DNA of 64,000 nucleotides from Escherichia coli (GTDB lineage Bacteria; Pseudomonadota; Gammaproteobacteria; Enterobacterales; Enterobacteriaceae): NCBI RefSeq assembly GCF_017348835.2, contig NZ_CP071375.1; one strand, 5' to 3'. Shown piece by piece: positions 36,145 to 47,266 of this stretch (position 1 is its first letter; each line of letters starts with the position of its first letter). The notes under the pieces were generated by a model. It saw only the letters and a program-made list of their open reading frames with translations, ran no database searches and was not told where the DNA came from. The position numbers and the translations under genes were made by a program.

Positions 36145-39100
36145 ATGTCACGTTATAAAACAGGTCATAAACAACCACGATTTCGTTATTCAGTTCTGGC
36201 CCGCTGCGTGGCGTGGGCAAATATCTCTGTTCAGGTTCTTTTTCCACTCGCAGTCACTTTTACCCCAGTAATGGCTGCACGTGCGCAGCATGCGGTTCAG
36301 CCACGGTTGAGCATGGAAAATACCACGGTAACTGCTGATAATAATGTGGAGAAAAATGTCGCGTCGTTTGCCGCAAATGCCGGGACATTTTTAAGCAGTC
36401 AGCCAGATAGCGATGCGACACGTAACTTTATTACCGGAATGGCCACCGCTAAAGCTAACCAGGAAATACAGGAGTGGCTCGGGAAATACGGTACTGCGCG
36501 CGTCAAACTGAATGTCGATAAAGATTTCTCGCTGAAGGATTCTTCGCTGGAAATGCTTTATCCGATTTATGATACGCCAACAAATATGTTGTTCACTCAG
36601 GGAGCAATACATCGTACCGACGATCGTACTCAGTCAAATATTGGTTTTGGCTGGCGTCATTTTTCAGGAAATGACTGGATGGCGGGGGTGAACACCTTTA
36701 TCGACCATGATTTATCCCGTAGTCATACCCGCATTGGTGTTGGTGCGGAATACTGGCGCGATTATCTGAAACTGAGCGCCAATGGTTATATTCGGGCTTC
36801 TGGCTGGAAAAAATCGCCGGATATTGAGGATTATCAGGAACGCCCGGCGAATGGTTGGGATATCCGCGCAGAGGGCTATTTACCTGCCTGGCCGCAGCTT
36901 GGCGCAAGCCTGATGTATGAACAGTATTATGGCGATGAAGTCGGGCTGTTTGGTAAAGATAAGCGCCAGAAAGACCCGCATGCTATTTCTGCCGAGGTGA
37001 CCTATACGCCAGTGCCTCTTCTGACACTGAGCGCCGGGCATAAGTAGGGCAAGAGCGGTGAGAATGACACTCGCTTTGGCCTGGAAGTTAATTATCGGAT
37101 TGGCGAACCTCTGGAGAAACAACTCGATACAGACAGCATTCACGAGCGTCGAATGCTGGCAGGCAGCCGCTATGACCTGGTTGAGCGTAATAACAACATC
37201 GTTCTTGAGTACCGCAAATCTGAAGTGATCCGTATTGCTCTGCCTGAGCGTATTGAAGGCAAGGGCGGTCAGACACTTTCCCTGGGGCTTGTGGTCAGCA
37301 AAGCAACTCACGGACTGAAAAATGTGCAGTGGGAAGCGCCGTCATTACTGGCTGAAGGTGGCAAAATTACCGGTCAGGGTAGTCAGTGGCAAGTAACGCT
37401 CCCGGCTTATCGTCCAGGCAAAGACAATTATTATGCGATTTCTGCGGTTGCCTACGATAACAAAGGCAATGCCTCAAAACGCGTGCAGACAGAGGTGGTC
37501 ATTACCGGAGCAGGTATGAGTGCCGAGCGCACGGCGTTAACGCTTGACGGTCAAAGCCGTATCCAAATGCTTGCTAACGGTAATGAGCAAAAACCGCTGG
37601 TGCTGTCTCTGCGCGACGCCGAGGGCCAGCCAGTCACGGGCATGAAAGATCAGATCAAGACTGAACTAACTTTCAAACCGGCTGGAAATATTGTGACTCG
37701 TACCCTGAAGGCCACTAAATCACAGGCACAGCCAACACTGGGTGAGTTCACCGAAACTGAAGCTGGGGTGTATCAGTCTGTCTTCACTACCGGAACGCAA
37801 TCAGGTGAGGCAACGATTACTGTTAGCGTTGATGGCATGAGCAAAACCGTCACTGCAGAACTGCGGGCCACGATGATGGATGTGGCAAACTCCACCCTGA
37901 GCGCTAACGAGCCGTCAGGTGACGTGGTTGCTGATGGTCAGCAAGCCTATACGTTGACGTTGACTGCGGTGGACTCCGAGGGTAATCCGGTGACGGGAGA
38001 AGCCAGCCGCTTGCGATTTGTTCCGCAAGACACTAATGGTGTAACCGTTGGTGCCATTTCGGAAATAAAACCAGGCGTTTACAGCGCCACGGTTTCTTCG
38101 ACCCGTGCCGGAAACGTTGTTGTGCGTGCTTTCAGCGAGCAGTATCAGCTGGGCACATTACAACAAACGCTGAAGTTTGTTGCCGGGCCGCTTGATGCAG
38201 CACATTCGTCCATCACCCTGAATCCTGATAAACCGGTGGTTGGGGGTACAGTTACGGCAATCTGGACGGTAAAAGATGCCTATGACAACCCTGTGACCAG
38301 CCTCACGCCGGAAGCGCCGTCATTAGCGGGTGCCGCTGCTGTAGGTTCTACGGCATCGGGCTGGACAAATAATGGTGATGGGACGTGGACTGCGCAGATT
38401 ACTCTCGGCTCTACGGCGGGTGAATTAGAAGTTATGCCGAAGCTAAATGGACAGGATGCGGCAGCAAATGCGGCAAAAGTAACCGTGGTGGCTGATGCGT
38501 TATCTTCAAACCAGTCGAAAGTCTCTGTCGCAGAAGATCACGTAAAAGCCGGCGAAAGTACAACCGTGACGCTGGTGGCGAAAGATGCGCATGGCAACGC
38601 TATCAGTGGTCTTGCGTTGTCGGCAAGTTTGACGGGGACCGCCTCTGAAGGGGCGACCGTTTCCAGTTGGACCGAAAAAGGTAACGGTTCCTATGTTGCT
38701 ACGTTGACTACAGGTGGAAAGACGGGCGAGCTTCGCGTCATGCCTCTCTTCAACGGCCAGCCAGCAGCCACCGAAGCCGCGCAGTTGACGGTCATCGCCG
38801 GAGAGATGTCATCAGCGAACTCTACGCTTGTTGCGGACAATAAGGCTCCGACCGTCAAAACGACGACGGAACTCACCTTCACCGTGAAGGATGCGTACGG
38901 GAACCCGGTCACCGGGCTGAAGCCAGATGCACCAGTGTTTAGCGGTGCCGCCAGCACGGGGAGTGAGCGTCCTTCAGCAGGAAACTGGACAGAGAAAGGT
39001 AATGGGGTCTACGTGTCGACCTTAACGCTGGGATCTGCCGCGGGTCAGTTGTCTGTGATGCCGCGAGTGAACGGCCAAAATGCCGTTGCTCAGCCACTGG

Positions 39101-40398
39101 TGCTGAACGTTGCAGGTGACGCATCTAAGGCTGAGATTCGTGATATGACAGTGAAGGTTAATAACCAACTGGCTAATGGACAGTCTGCTAACCAGATAAC
39201 CCTGACCGTCGTGGACAGCTATGGTAACCCGTTGCAGGGGCAAGAAGTTACGCTGACTTTACCGCAGGGTGTGACCAGCAAGACGGGGAATACAGTAACA
39301 ACCAATGCGGCAGGGAAAGTGGACATTGAGCTTATGTCAACGGTTGCGGGAGAACACAATATTTCCGCTTCGGTGAATGGTGCTCAGAAGACGGTCACGG
39401 TGAAATTCAACGCGGATGCCAGCACCGGTCAGGCAAACCTGCAGGTAGACACCGCCGTTCAAAAAGTGGCAAACGGCAAAGATGCCTTTACGCTGACGGC
39501 GAACGTTGAGGATAAAAATGGTAACCCTGTTCCAGGGAGCCTGGTGACCTTTAATCTGCCCCGGGGTGTCAAGCCGCTTACAGGCGATAATGTCTGGGTG
39601 AAAGCCAACGATGAGGGGAAAGCCGAGTTGCAGGTGGTTTCAGTGACTGCCGGAACGTATGAGATCACGGCATCGGCAGGGAATAGCCAGCCTTCGAATA
39701 CGCAGACTATAACGTTTGTAGCCGATAAGGCTACCGCAACCGTCTCCGGTATTGAGGTGATTGGCAACTATGCGCTGGCGGACGGCAAAGCCAAACAAAC
39801 GTATAAAGTTACGGTGACTGATGCCAATAACAACCTGTTGAAAGATAGCGAAGTGACGCTGACTGCCAGCCCGGCTTCGTTAAACCTGGAACCGAATGGC
39901 ACTGCGACAACGAATGAGCAAGGGCAGGCTATTTTCACCGCTACCACTACTGTTGCGGCGACATATAAACTCACGGCGCAAGTGAGTCAGACCAACGGTC
40001 AGGTATCAACGAAAACTGCCGAATCTAAATTCGTCGCGGATGATAAAAACGCGGTGCTCACCGCATCATCTGATATGCAATCTCTGGTGGCGGATGGGAA
40101 ATCGACTGCGAAGCTGGAGGTGACCCTGATGTCGGCAAATAACCCCGTTGGCGGGAATATGTGGGTCGACATTAAGACGCCAGAAGGGGTGACGGAGAAG
40201 GATTATCAGTTCCTGCCGTCGAAAAATGACCATTTCGTGAGCGGAAAAATCACGCGTACATTTAGTACCAGCAAGCCAGGTGTCTATACGTTTACATTTA
40301 ACGCCCTGACCTATGGCGGGTACGAAATGAAGCCAGTGACGGTGACCATTACCGCGGTGGATGCCAATACGGCAACGGGCGAGGAGGCGATGAAATAA
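36145..40398 (+). pseudogene. eaeH: Intimin/invasin-family inverse autotransporter adhesin (EaeH/FdeC-like), one 1418-codon frame interrupted by a single in-frame TAG at 37045..37047
   Basis: ORFs 36145..37047 and 37153..40398 are in the same frame with no other stop between them; N-terminal beta-domain plus repeated Ig-like segments. Confidence 0.8.
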
Positions 40399-40518
40399 TA
40401 TTAAGAGTATGAAAGTAACATTCTAATAAACAATAATGGCGTTGACATCTTCAACGCCATTATTTATTGAATTGCCTGACAGTAGTCTCGTTATAAATTC
40501 ATTTAGACATAGCGACAG

Positions 40519-41409
40519 CTAAACCGGACGAACGGGGATAAAAATTTCGCAAACAATGTTATTGCTATCAATTTCGACGAAATTTTCATTGTAATAAAAC
40601 CGCTCAATATCACTGCCGTTCACTCTGGCTAACCCCCTGGCGGGTAATTCCATCAGATAGAGGTTTCGCGCCCATTCAGGGTAGTGCTCCCACTCACCTT
40701 CATAGCGGAAAGAGGCATACAGTCCTCGGTTAATTGTCCACTCTTTCGGCATCTCTGAATCGGTTTGTTTGCATACCGTACCGGCAAAAGTTTCAACCGT
40801 GAGCAAATCGACCGATTTTGTTGACGGTTCAAACGTGGAGACGAAATAGATATCCGTCTTAAAATTATTCATACATCTGGCTAAATGATGACGTCGCAGT
40901 TTGACTTCTTCATCCGGTGATTTATTCGACACTTCAATATCATATTTAAATGAATTGCCAAAAATAGGTGTCTCAGGAAAGTTGACTAATCTACACTCCG
41001 TCTTTTGCTGTTGACGTATTAAAAAAGAAGGGAAGATATTTGCGAGATCCCAATAATCACGGTGGCGGTATACACGGGGAGAGCAGCCGAATAACTTTTT
41101 AAATTCGCGGCTGAATGACTGTTGTGAATCAAAATGCAAAGAGAGTGCAATATCAAGCATAGATTTCGCGGTGAGCCGGACAAGAATGGCGGCACGACAA
41201 AGCCTTCGTTTGCGAATGTATTCTCCCAAAGGCACATGCATGAAATTTCGGAACAGAAGCTGGATGTTGCGTCTGCTGTAGCCAGATTTCTGTGCGATAT
41301 CTTCGATTGAAATAGGGTGCTCAAGATTGCACTCAATCCACTCCAGGAGCTGCTGTAGAATCTTCTGCCTGATCATCACATTCTCCGTTAATTCTTTGTC
41401 ATATCGCAC
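40519..41409 (-). CDS. ykgA: AraC-family transcriptional regulator with GyrI-like effector domain
   Basis: 296-aa ORF, N-terminal AraC HTH (ISIEDIAQKSGYSRRNIQLLFRNF). Confidence 0.7.
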   Translation of the reverse strand: MRYDKELTENVMIRQKILQQLLEWIECNLEHPISIEDIAQKSGYSRRNIQLLFRNFMHVPLGEYIRKRRLCRAAILVRLTAKSMLDIALSLHFDSQQSFSREFKKLFGCSPRVYRHRDYWDLANIFPSFLIRQQQKTECRLVNFPETPIFGNSFKYDIEVSNKSPDEEVKLRRHHLARCMNNFKTDIYFVSTFEPSTKSVDLLTVETFAGTVCKQTDSEMPKEWTINRGLYASFRYEGEWEHYPEWARNLYLMELPARGLARVNGSDIERFYYNENFVEIDSNNIVCEIFIPVRPV

Positions 41410-41609
41410 ATTTTCGTTATGCCCTGGGCCCTAAGTGTATCAAAAACAGCAAGGGCGAAGGCAAAAGCACTGGTAGCGTCTGCTTCGTTGTCCCCGAAAA
41501 TAGAGAGGTTTCAGTCCTACATTATTAATGAATTTTTTGCATAAGTGATATCAAAATCCACATACTAATTTGAGGTTACGTTTTAACGTAGACTCATTGT
41601 TCATGCCTA

Positions 41610-42494
41610 ATGGAGGGACTGACAGTGGAATTTTCCGTATTAAGTAACAATCTGAAAATGCCGATGATGGGATTTGGTGTTTTTCAGGTTACCGATAAAA
41701 ACGTGTGCAAACAGTCAGTGTTGAACGCTATCCGCACGGGTTATCGACTCATCGACACTGCAGCGGTATACGGTAATGAAGATGCTGTCGGTGAAGCCGT
41801 TCGTGAAGCCATATCCGAAGGTTTATGTACCCGAGAAGAGTTATTTATAACGTCTAAATTGTGGGTGCAGGATATGTTGAATCAGGATACGGCAAAAGCA
41901 GGTATTGAAGCGTCATTAAAAAAATCGGGACTAGAATACTTCGACCTCTATTTATTGCACCAGGCTATGCGCGATTATTTCAGTGCGTGGCGTGCACTCG
42001 AAGATGCCTATGAAGAGGGCAAATTAAAAGCAATTGGGGTTTCCAACTTCTATCCTCATGTTCTGGCGAACTTTTGTGAAACGGTAAGAGTTAAACCGAT
42101 GGTCAACCAGGTCGAGTTGCATCCCTATTTTGCCCAACCAGAGGCGCTGGCAACCATGAAGTATTATAACGTGCAGCCTGAAGCATGGGCTCCGTTAGGT
42201 GGTGGACGACATAAACCCTTTGAAAATAATCTGCTTCAGAGTATTGCAGATGCCCATCAAAAATCGATTTCTCAAGTCATTCTGCGTTGGAATATTCAAC
42301 GGGGAGTGGTCGTTATTCCGAAATCGACACATCAACAGCGTATCGAAGAAAATTTTGCTATCTGGGATTTCTCACTGACAGAGAAAGAAATGGCACAAAT
42401 TAGTTCGCTTGATTTGGGTTATGTTGGGGAGTCGGTAAAACATTTTAATCCTGAATTTGTTCGTGGTTGTCTTGCTGTAAAAATACATGATTGA
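41610..42494 (+). CDS. Aldo/keto reductase
   Basis: 294-aa ORF, AKR family (MPMMGFGVFQVTDKN...). Confidence 0.75.
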   Translation: MEGLTVEFSVLSNNLKMPMMGFGVFQVTDKNVCKQSVLNAIRTGYRLIDTAAVYGNEDAVGEAVREAISEGLCTREELFITSKLWVQDMLNQDTAKAGIEASLKKSGLEYFDLYLLHQAMRDYFSAWRALEDAYEEGKLKAIGVSNFYPHVLANFCETVRVKPMVNQVELHPYFAQPEALATMKYYNVQPEAWAPLGGGRHKPFENNLLQSIADAHQKSISQVILRWNIQRGVVVIPKSTHQQRIEENFAIWDFSLTEKEMAQISSLDLGYVGESVKHFNPEFVRGCLAVKIHD

Positions 42495-42653
42495 TATTAA
42501 TCATGTATTTTACCTGAGACGACAAGAATCTTTTAACAGGGGAGTGATATTGATCTTCACTCTGTCATATCTCCGGTAATATGGCGTCAGGCTTCATCAT
42601 CAGAAAGGGGGCCTGACGCCTGAAAAAGTGAACAACAGACAGTGTTCGGATTA

Positions 42654-43247
42654 TCAATATTCAGTTTTTAACGTTGAACTGGATTCATTACTGCGTTGTT
42701 TAAGAATTTCCCGCGCCGAATCTGCCATTATCATGACAGCACCTGCCAGCATCAGAGTATCTTTCAATACCAGGCGACCAGCACCGGATAAATAAGGGAA
42801 ACCATGATGAGCGTCACCCAATGCGGGTACCCATGCCTCCGGGGTGGTGATTAAAAATGAGAGTGTTACCAACGGTGTGGTAAATGCCATCAGCCCTCCC
42901 AATAAACCTAACCAGCGATTGACAGGATTAGCCAAAACCAGCAGAGCAATGATCACCTCCACGACGCCAAGACCGTTGGAAAAACCATAGGTATTATTGG
43001 CCGATTGCCATGCCCTTGCTTCTGGTTTGTATTCGCCTTCGTGAGTCAGATACTGTTTATAGTCTTCCGGGTGTTCATAAAAGAACGACATTAGTGGACT
43101 GTTTGCGACGAATGGTGTAATGCTGTCTGCCTCGTAAGGGACAAACTTTAATAACCCAATCCACATAAAAACAATCGCAATACTCAGACGAATCAATGTC
43201 AGGCCAATTTTATCTCCCCGACCTAACAGGTGCAGGTATTTTTCCAT
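42654..43247 (-). CDS. rclC: Reactive chlorine resistance inner membrane protein RclC (DUF417)
   Basis: Hydrophobic ~197-aa ORF in rclABC order. Confidence 0.8.
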   Translation of the reverse strand: MEKYLHLLGRGDKIGLTLIRLSIAIVFMWIGLLKFVPYEADSITPFVANSPLMSFFYEHPEDYKQYLTHEGEYKPEARAWQSANNTYGFSNGLGVVEVIIALLVLANPVNRWLGLLGGLMAFTTPLVTLSFLITTPEAWVPALGDAHHGFPYLSGAGRLVLKDTLMLAGAVMIMADSAREILKQRSNESSSTLKTEY

Positions 43248-43258
43248 TGTGAACATCC

Positions 43259-43495
43259 TTATTTATACAATACTGCTGTTGCGGTTGAATTATTATCAAT
43301 TCGCATCGATGTGACTTTCCAGAATGAAGCATTATATTTTCTGGCTATATAAGCAATGGTATCCTCCAGAACTGTCGGTGATGCTGATACTGACGAGACG
43401 CTGATATGTTTCAGAATTATTTTATCATCTGCATTGGTGGAAAATGCCATAACGCCAGATAATAGTGTTGCAAATAAAACAGATTTTTTAAACAT
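43259..43495 (-). CDS. rclB: Reactive chlorine resistance periplasmic protein RclB (DUF1471)
   Basis: 78-aa ORF with signal peptide MFKKSVLFATLLSGVMAFSTNA. Confidence 0.8.
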   Translation of the reverse strand: MFKKSVLFATLLSGVMAFSTNADDKIILKHISVSSVSASPTVLEDTIAYIARKYNASFWKVTSMRIDNNSTATAVLYK

Positions 43496-43603
43496 ATAAA
43501 ATACCATCAATGAAGTGATTAAGAAGTTATAGAGTAACAGAGAATTAATAAGATTCTTTTCTCTGAGACGCCAGAATATTTGTTCTAGCGTCTGATTTTG
43601 AGT

Positions 43604-44929
43604 TTATTTGACTAATGAAAATAGATCATTGAGTGATTCGCTCATCGACGGATGAGTAAATATCTGATCGCGTAATATGCTATAAGGCAGCCCGGCATCC
43701 ATCACCATTTTCACTATATTAATCATCTCGTGGGAGTCAACACACAGCAGTGATGCCCCTAATATACGTTGGGTTTTATTATCAACAATCGCTTTTAATA
43801 CCCCACGGGTATCGTTCATCACTCTGGCGCGCGGAATTGCAGCTACAGGCAATGTCACCACCTGAATATCAGCACCACTCTCTCTGGCTTGTTCTTCTGT
43901 CATACCAACCCTGGACAGGGGCGGTGTCATAAATACGGAATAAGGCACATTTTTCCGATCATCAGTACTACGTTTGCCTTCACCCAGTAACTCATCACGT
44001 ACAATGCGGTAATCATCCAGTGATATGTAAGTAAATTGCAGCCCGCCGGTAACATCTCCCATCGCCCAAATATTGTCTGCGGTGGTATGTAATCGCTTGT
44101 CAACGACAATTGCCCCGCGCTCGTTTACTGCGATACCGGCATTTTCTGGATGTAACGAAGCGGTAGCCGGTTGACGACCGGAAGCTATTAACAGTGCATC
44201 CACCGCCAGTTGGGCGTGCTCGCTATGCACTTGCACTTGATTTTCATGGTGACTGATTCGCTCCACATGGGCATTGAGGATAATATCGACGCCCTGATCG
44301 CGTAAAATCGTCGCGATATTATCAGCAATATCCCGTTCTTCCCGAGGCAAAAACAGCGAAGCTGCTTCTAAAATGGTTACCTTGCTGCCAAAATTAGCGA
44401 ACATAGAGGCGAACTCAACGCCAATATATCCGCCGCCCAAAATACCTAAATGCCCAGGCAATTCTTTTAGATTAAGTAATCCGGTGCTGTCATATACTCC
44501 TGGCGTGGTGGTAATTCCAGGAATTGGCGGAACCACGGTTTGTGCACCGGTATTAATAAAAATTTTCTCGCCATGAATTTCCAGATTTCCCTCAGGCCGA
44601 TGAACACGCAGGCTATGATTATTGATAAACTCCGCCTGGCCGTCGATCACGTCGATATTGGGCATATCCGCAAGATTATGAAAATTCTTATTACGTAAAA
44701 AATTAACCACTTCATTTTTACGCTGTATGGCACGGACAAAATCTGTGTGCTGCTGTGCGTCATGAACCAATGTTTTGGTTGGGATGCAGCCGATATTAAT
44801 ACAGGTCCCGCCATACATTGCATTTGATTGTTCGATGAGAGCCACTCGCCAACCTACTTTTGCCAGCGTGACGGCTAATGTTTTTCCAGCCTTGCCAAAA
44901 CCAATAATCACTGCCTGATATTTATTCAT
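43604..44929 (-). CDS. rclA: Reactive chlorine resistance flavoprotein disulfide reductase RclA
   Basis: FAD-binding GxGxxG (IIGFGKAG) and CINIGC redox-active disulfide motif. Confidence 0.85.
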   Translation of the reverse strand: MNKYQAVIIGFGKAGKTLAVTLAKVGWRVALIEQSNAMYGGTCINIGCIPTKTLVHDAQQHTDFVRAIQRKNEVVNFLRNKNFHNLADMPNIDVIDGQAEFINNHSLRVHRPEGNLEIHGEKIFINTGAQTVVPPIPGITTTPGVYDSTGLLNLKELPGHLGILGGGYIGVEFASMFANFGSKVTILEAASLFLPREERDIADNIATILRDQGVDIILNAHVERISHHENQVQVHSEHAQLAVDALLIASGRQPATASLHPENAGIAVNERGAIVVDKRLHTTADNIWAMGDVTGGLQFTYISLDDYRIVRDELLGEGKRSTDDRKNVPYSVFMTPPLSRVGMTEEQARESGADIQVVTLPVAAIPRARVMNDTRGVLKAIVDNKTQRILGASLLCVDSHEMINIVKMVMDAGLPYSILRDQIFTHPSMSESLNDLFSLVK

Positions 44930-45154
44930 GATGATTTCCTGTCGAAACGCGTTCATTTGACATCATGACTATAGACGCAAAAGAGCAAATAACATTTCTT
45001 CACAACGCTTGATATTTTGTCTTATCGTCTGGTATTTTCTTTTTCATAATCAGAATCACAAAACAAAAATCATGATTAACCATTTGATGGTATTAGATTA
45101 ATTATTGTCTAAGATTGTTGGTGTTTGTAATCAAAAACCACTCAGGAGTCTGAT

Positions 45155-46009
45155 ATGGATGCCCTTAGCCGTTTGTTGATGCTTAACGCTCCACAAGGAA
45201 CGATCGATAAGAATTGCGTGTTAGGAAGTGACTGGCAGCTTCCACATGGTGCCGGGGAATTATCGGTTATTCGTTGGCATGCGTTAACGCAAGGAGCGGC
45301 GAAGCTGGAAATGCCGACGGGAGAGATTTTTACATTACGCCCGGGAAATGTGGTCCTGCTACCACAAAATTCAGCTCATCGCCTGAGTCATGTCGATAAT
45401 GAATCGACCTGTATTGTCTGCGGCACTCTTCGGTTGCAACATTCGGCGCGTTATTTTTTAACGTCTTTGCCGGAAACGCTGTTTTTAGCACCAGTTAACC
45501 ACAGCGTGGAATATAACTGGCTGAGGGAGGCGATCCCGTTTTTACAACAGGAATCCAGATCGGCAATGCCTGGAATGGATGCTCTGTGTAGCCAGATCTG
45601 CGCTACATTCTTTACCCTCGCGGTGCGTGAGTGGATTGCACAGGTTAATACAGAGAAAAACATTCTCAGTTTGCTTCTGCATCCACGTCTTGGTGCGGTA
45701 ATACAGCAAATGCTGGAAATGCCAGGACACGCCTGGACCGTCGAATCGCTGGCCAGCATCGCCCACATGTCCCGGGCAAGTTTTGCCCAGCTTTTCCGTG
45801 ATGTTTCCGGAACCACGCCGCTAGCTGTATTAACAAAGTTGCGTCTACAAATAGCGGCCCAGATGTTTTCCCGGGAAATGCTCCCTGTTGTGGTGATCGC
45901 TGAGTCAGTAGGCTATGCCAGTGAATCATCTTTTCACAAGGCGTTTGTCCGCGAGTTTGGTTGTACTCCGGGAGAATATCGGGAAAGGGTCAGACAGCTT
46001 GCACCCTGA
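45155..46009 (+). CDS. rclR: Redox-sensing AraC-family activator RclR
   Basis: 284-aa ORF divergent from rclA, C-terminal AraC HTH. Confidence 0.85.
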   Translation: MDALSRLLMLNAPQGTIDKNCVLGSDWQLPHGAGELSVIRWHALTQGAAKLEMPTGEIFTLRPGNVVLLPQNSAHRLSHVDNESTCIVCGTLRLQHSARYFLTSLPETLFLAPVNHSVEYNWLREAIPFLQQESRSAMPGMDALCSQICATFFTLAVREWIAQVNTEKNILSLLLHPRLGAVIQQMLEMPGHAWTVESLASIAHMSRASFAQLFRDVSGTTPLAVLTKLRLQIAAQMFSREMLPVVVIAESVGYASESSFHKAFVREFGCTPGEYRERVRQLAP

Positions 46010-46536
46010 ATAAAATCGCCAGCAATCGGAGCAAAGATAATCCGCATTCCGGGAGTTGTGAGCCTTTCAACTATTTCTATTTCCAACGGTGGTTTGGGCT
46101 TTATATATTTTTTCTGATGGACTCTAGCTCAGTTTTTAAATAAAAATGCAAACTAAATTGCTTCAATTAAATAAAACCCCGACTATTACTTGATACGTGA
46201 TTATTGTCGGTGATTTTGTTTGTACACCATCAGTGTATATCTCAATAACCCCTGAATAAGTAGCTTTGAATAGGTATAAGGGATGTAGCCATTTTTAAAT
46301 GGATTTCTTATGCCAAAAGTGATCGTCGATTTCCCCATAAAATGTGAGCGATGCCGAAAGAAATAAAATTAGTTATTGCATTTGAAGTTTGGATGAAAGA
46401 TTATCATTTGTCATACAAATGAGGGGTGGTATGTTGCTAGCCAATTAAAAAAGAATGCCATATTTATTGATGATTGATCCCCCGGAAGGGGGGAACCATC
46501 GGGCATAAATGGGCATGAAGTAATGGAGTATTAGTT

Positions 46537-47256
46537 GTGAATGTCAATTTCTTTGTCACCTGTATTGGTGACGCCCTGAAATCAAGAATGGCACGAGACT
46601 CCGTGCTGCTACTGGAAAAACTCGGCTGTCACGTAAATTTCCCGGAGAAACAGGGATGCTGCGGTCAGCCTGCGATCAATAGTGGTTATATCAAAGAAGC
46701 GATTCCAGGGATGAAAAATCTGATCGCCGCACTGGAGGATAACGACGATCCCATTATTTCACCAGCTGGCTCCTGCACCTATGCCGTAAAAAGTTACCCG
46801 ACGTATCTGGCGGATGAACCTGAATGGGCATCACGAGCCGAAAAGGTTGCCGCGCGTATGCAGGATCTCACCTCTTTTATTGTTAATAAATTAGGGGTAG
46901 TCGATGTAGGTGCCAGTTTGCAAGGGAGAGCGGTGTATCACCCATCTTGTAGCCTGGCCCGTAAGCTGGGGGTGAAGGACGAGCCACTTACGCTGCTGAA
47001 AAATGTGCGTGGACTGGAGCTGTTGACCTTTGCTGAACAGGATACCTGCTGCGGATTTGGCGGCACGTTCTCGGTCAAAATGGCCGAAATATCCGGCGAG
47101 ATGGTGAAAGAAAAGGTTGCGCACCTGATGGAAGTCCGCCCTGAGTATTTAATTGGTGCTGACGTGAGTTGCCTGCTGAACATCAGTGGGCGATTACAAC
47201 GGGAAGGGCAGAAAGTCAAAGTGATGCATATTGCTGAAGTGTTGATGAGCCGCTGA
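46537..47256 (+). CDS. ykgE: Cysteine-rich (CCG) Fe-S oxidoreductase subunit, LutA-like
   Basis: 239-aa ORF with GTG start, two CCG-type Cys clusters. Confidence 0.85.
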   Translation: MNVNFFVTCIGDALKSRMARDSVLLLEKLGCHVNFPEKQGCCGQPAINSGYIKEAIPGMKNLIAALEDNDDPIISPAGSCTYAVKSYPTYLADEPEWASRAEKVAARMQDLTSFIVNKLGVVDVGASLQGRAVYHPSCSLARKLGVKDEPLTLLKNVRGLELLTFAEQDTCCGFGGTFSVKMAEISGEMVKEKVAHLMEVRPEYLIGADVSCLLNISGRLQREGQKVKVMHIAEVLMSR

Positions 47257-47266
47257 GGATATAAAG

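Noticed and set aside
42583..42620. 10-bp-stem hairpin (ggcgtcaggc / gcctgacgcc) between the aldo/keto reductase gene and rclC
   Set aside because: Loop is 18 nt and there is no T-tract on either strand; could be a REP-like element but too little evidence to call a terminator.
46479..46493. CCCCCGG-AA-GGGGGG mini-hairpin about 45 bp upstream of ykgE
   Set aside because: Too short to assign a function by inspection.
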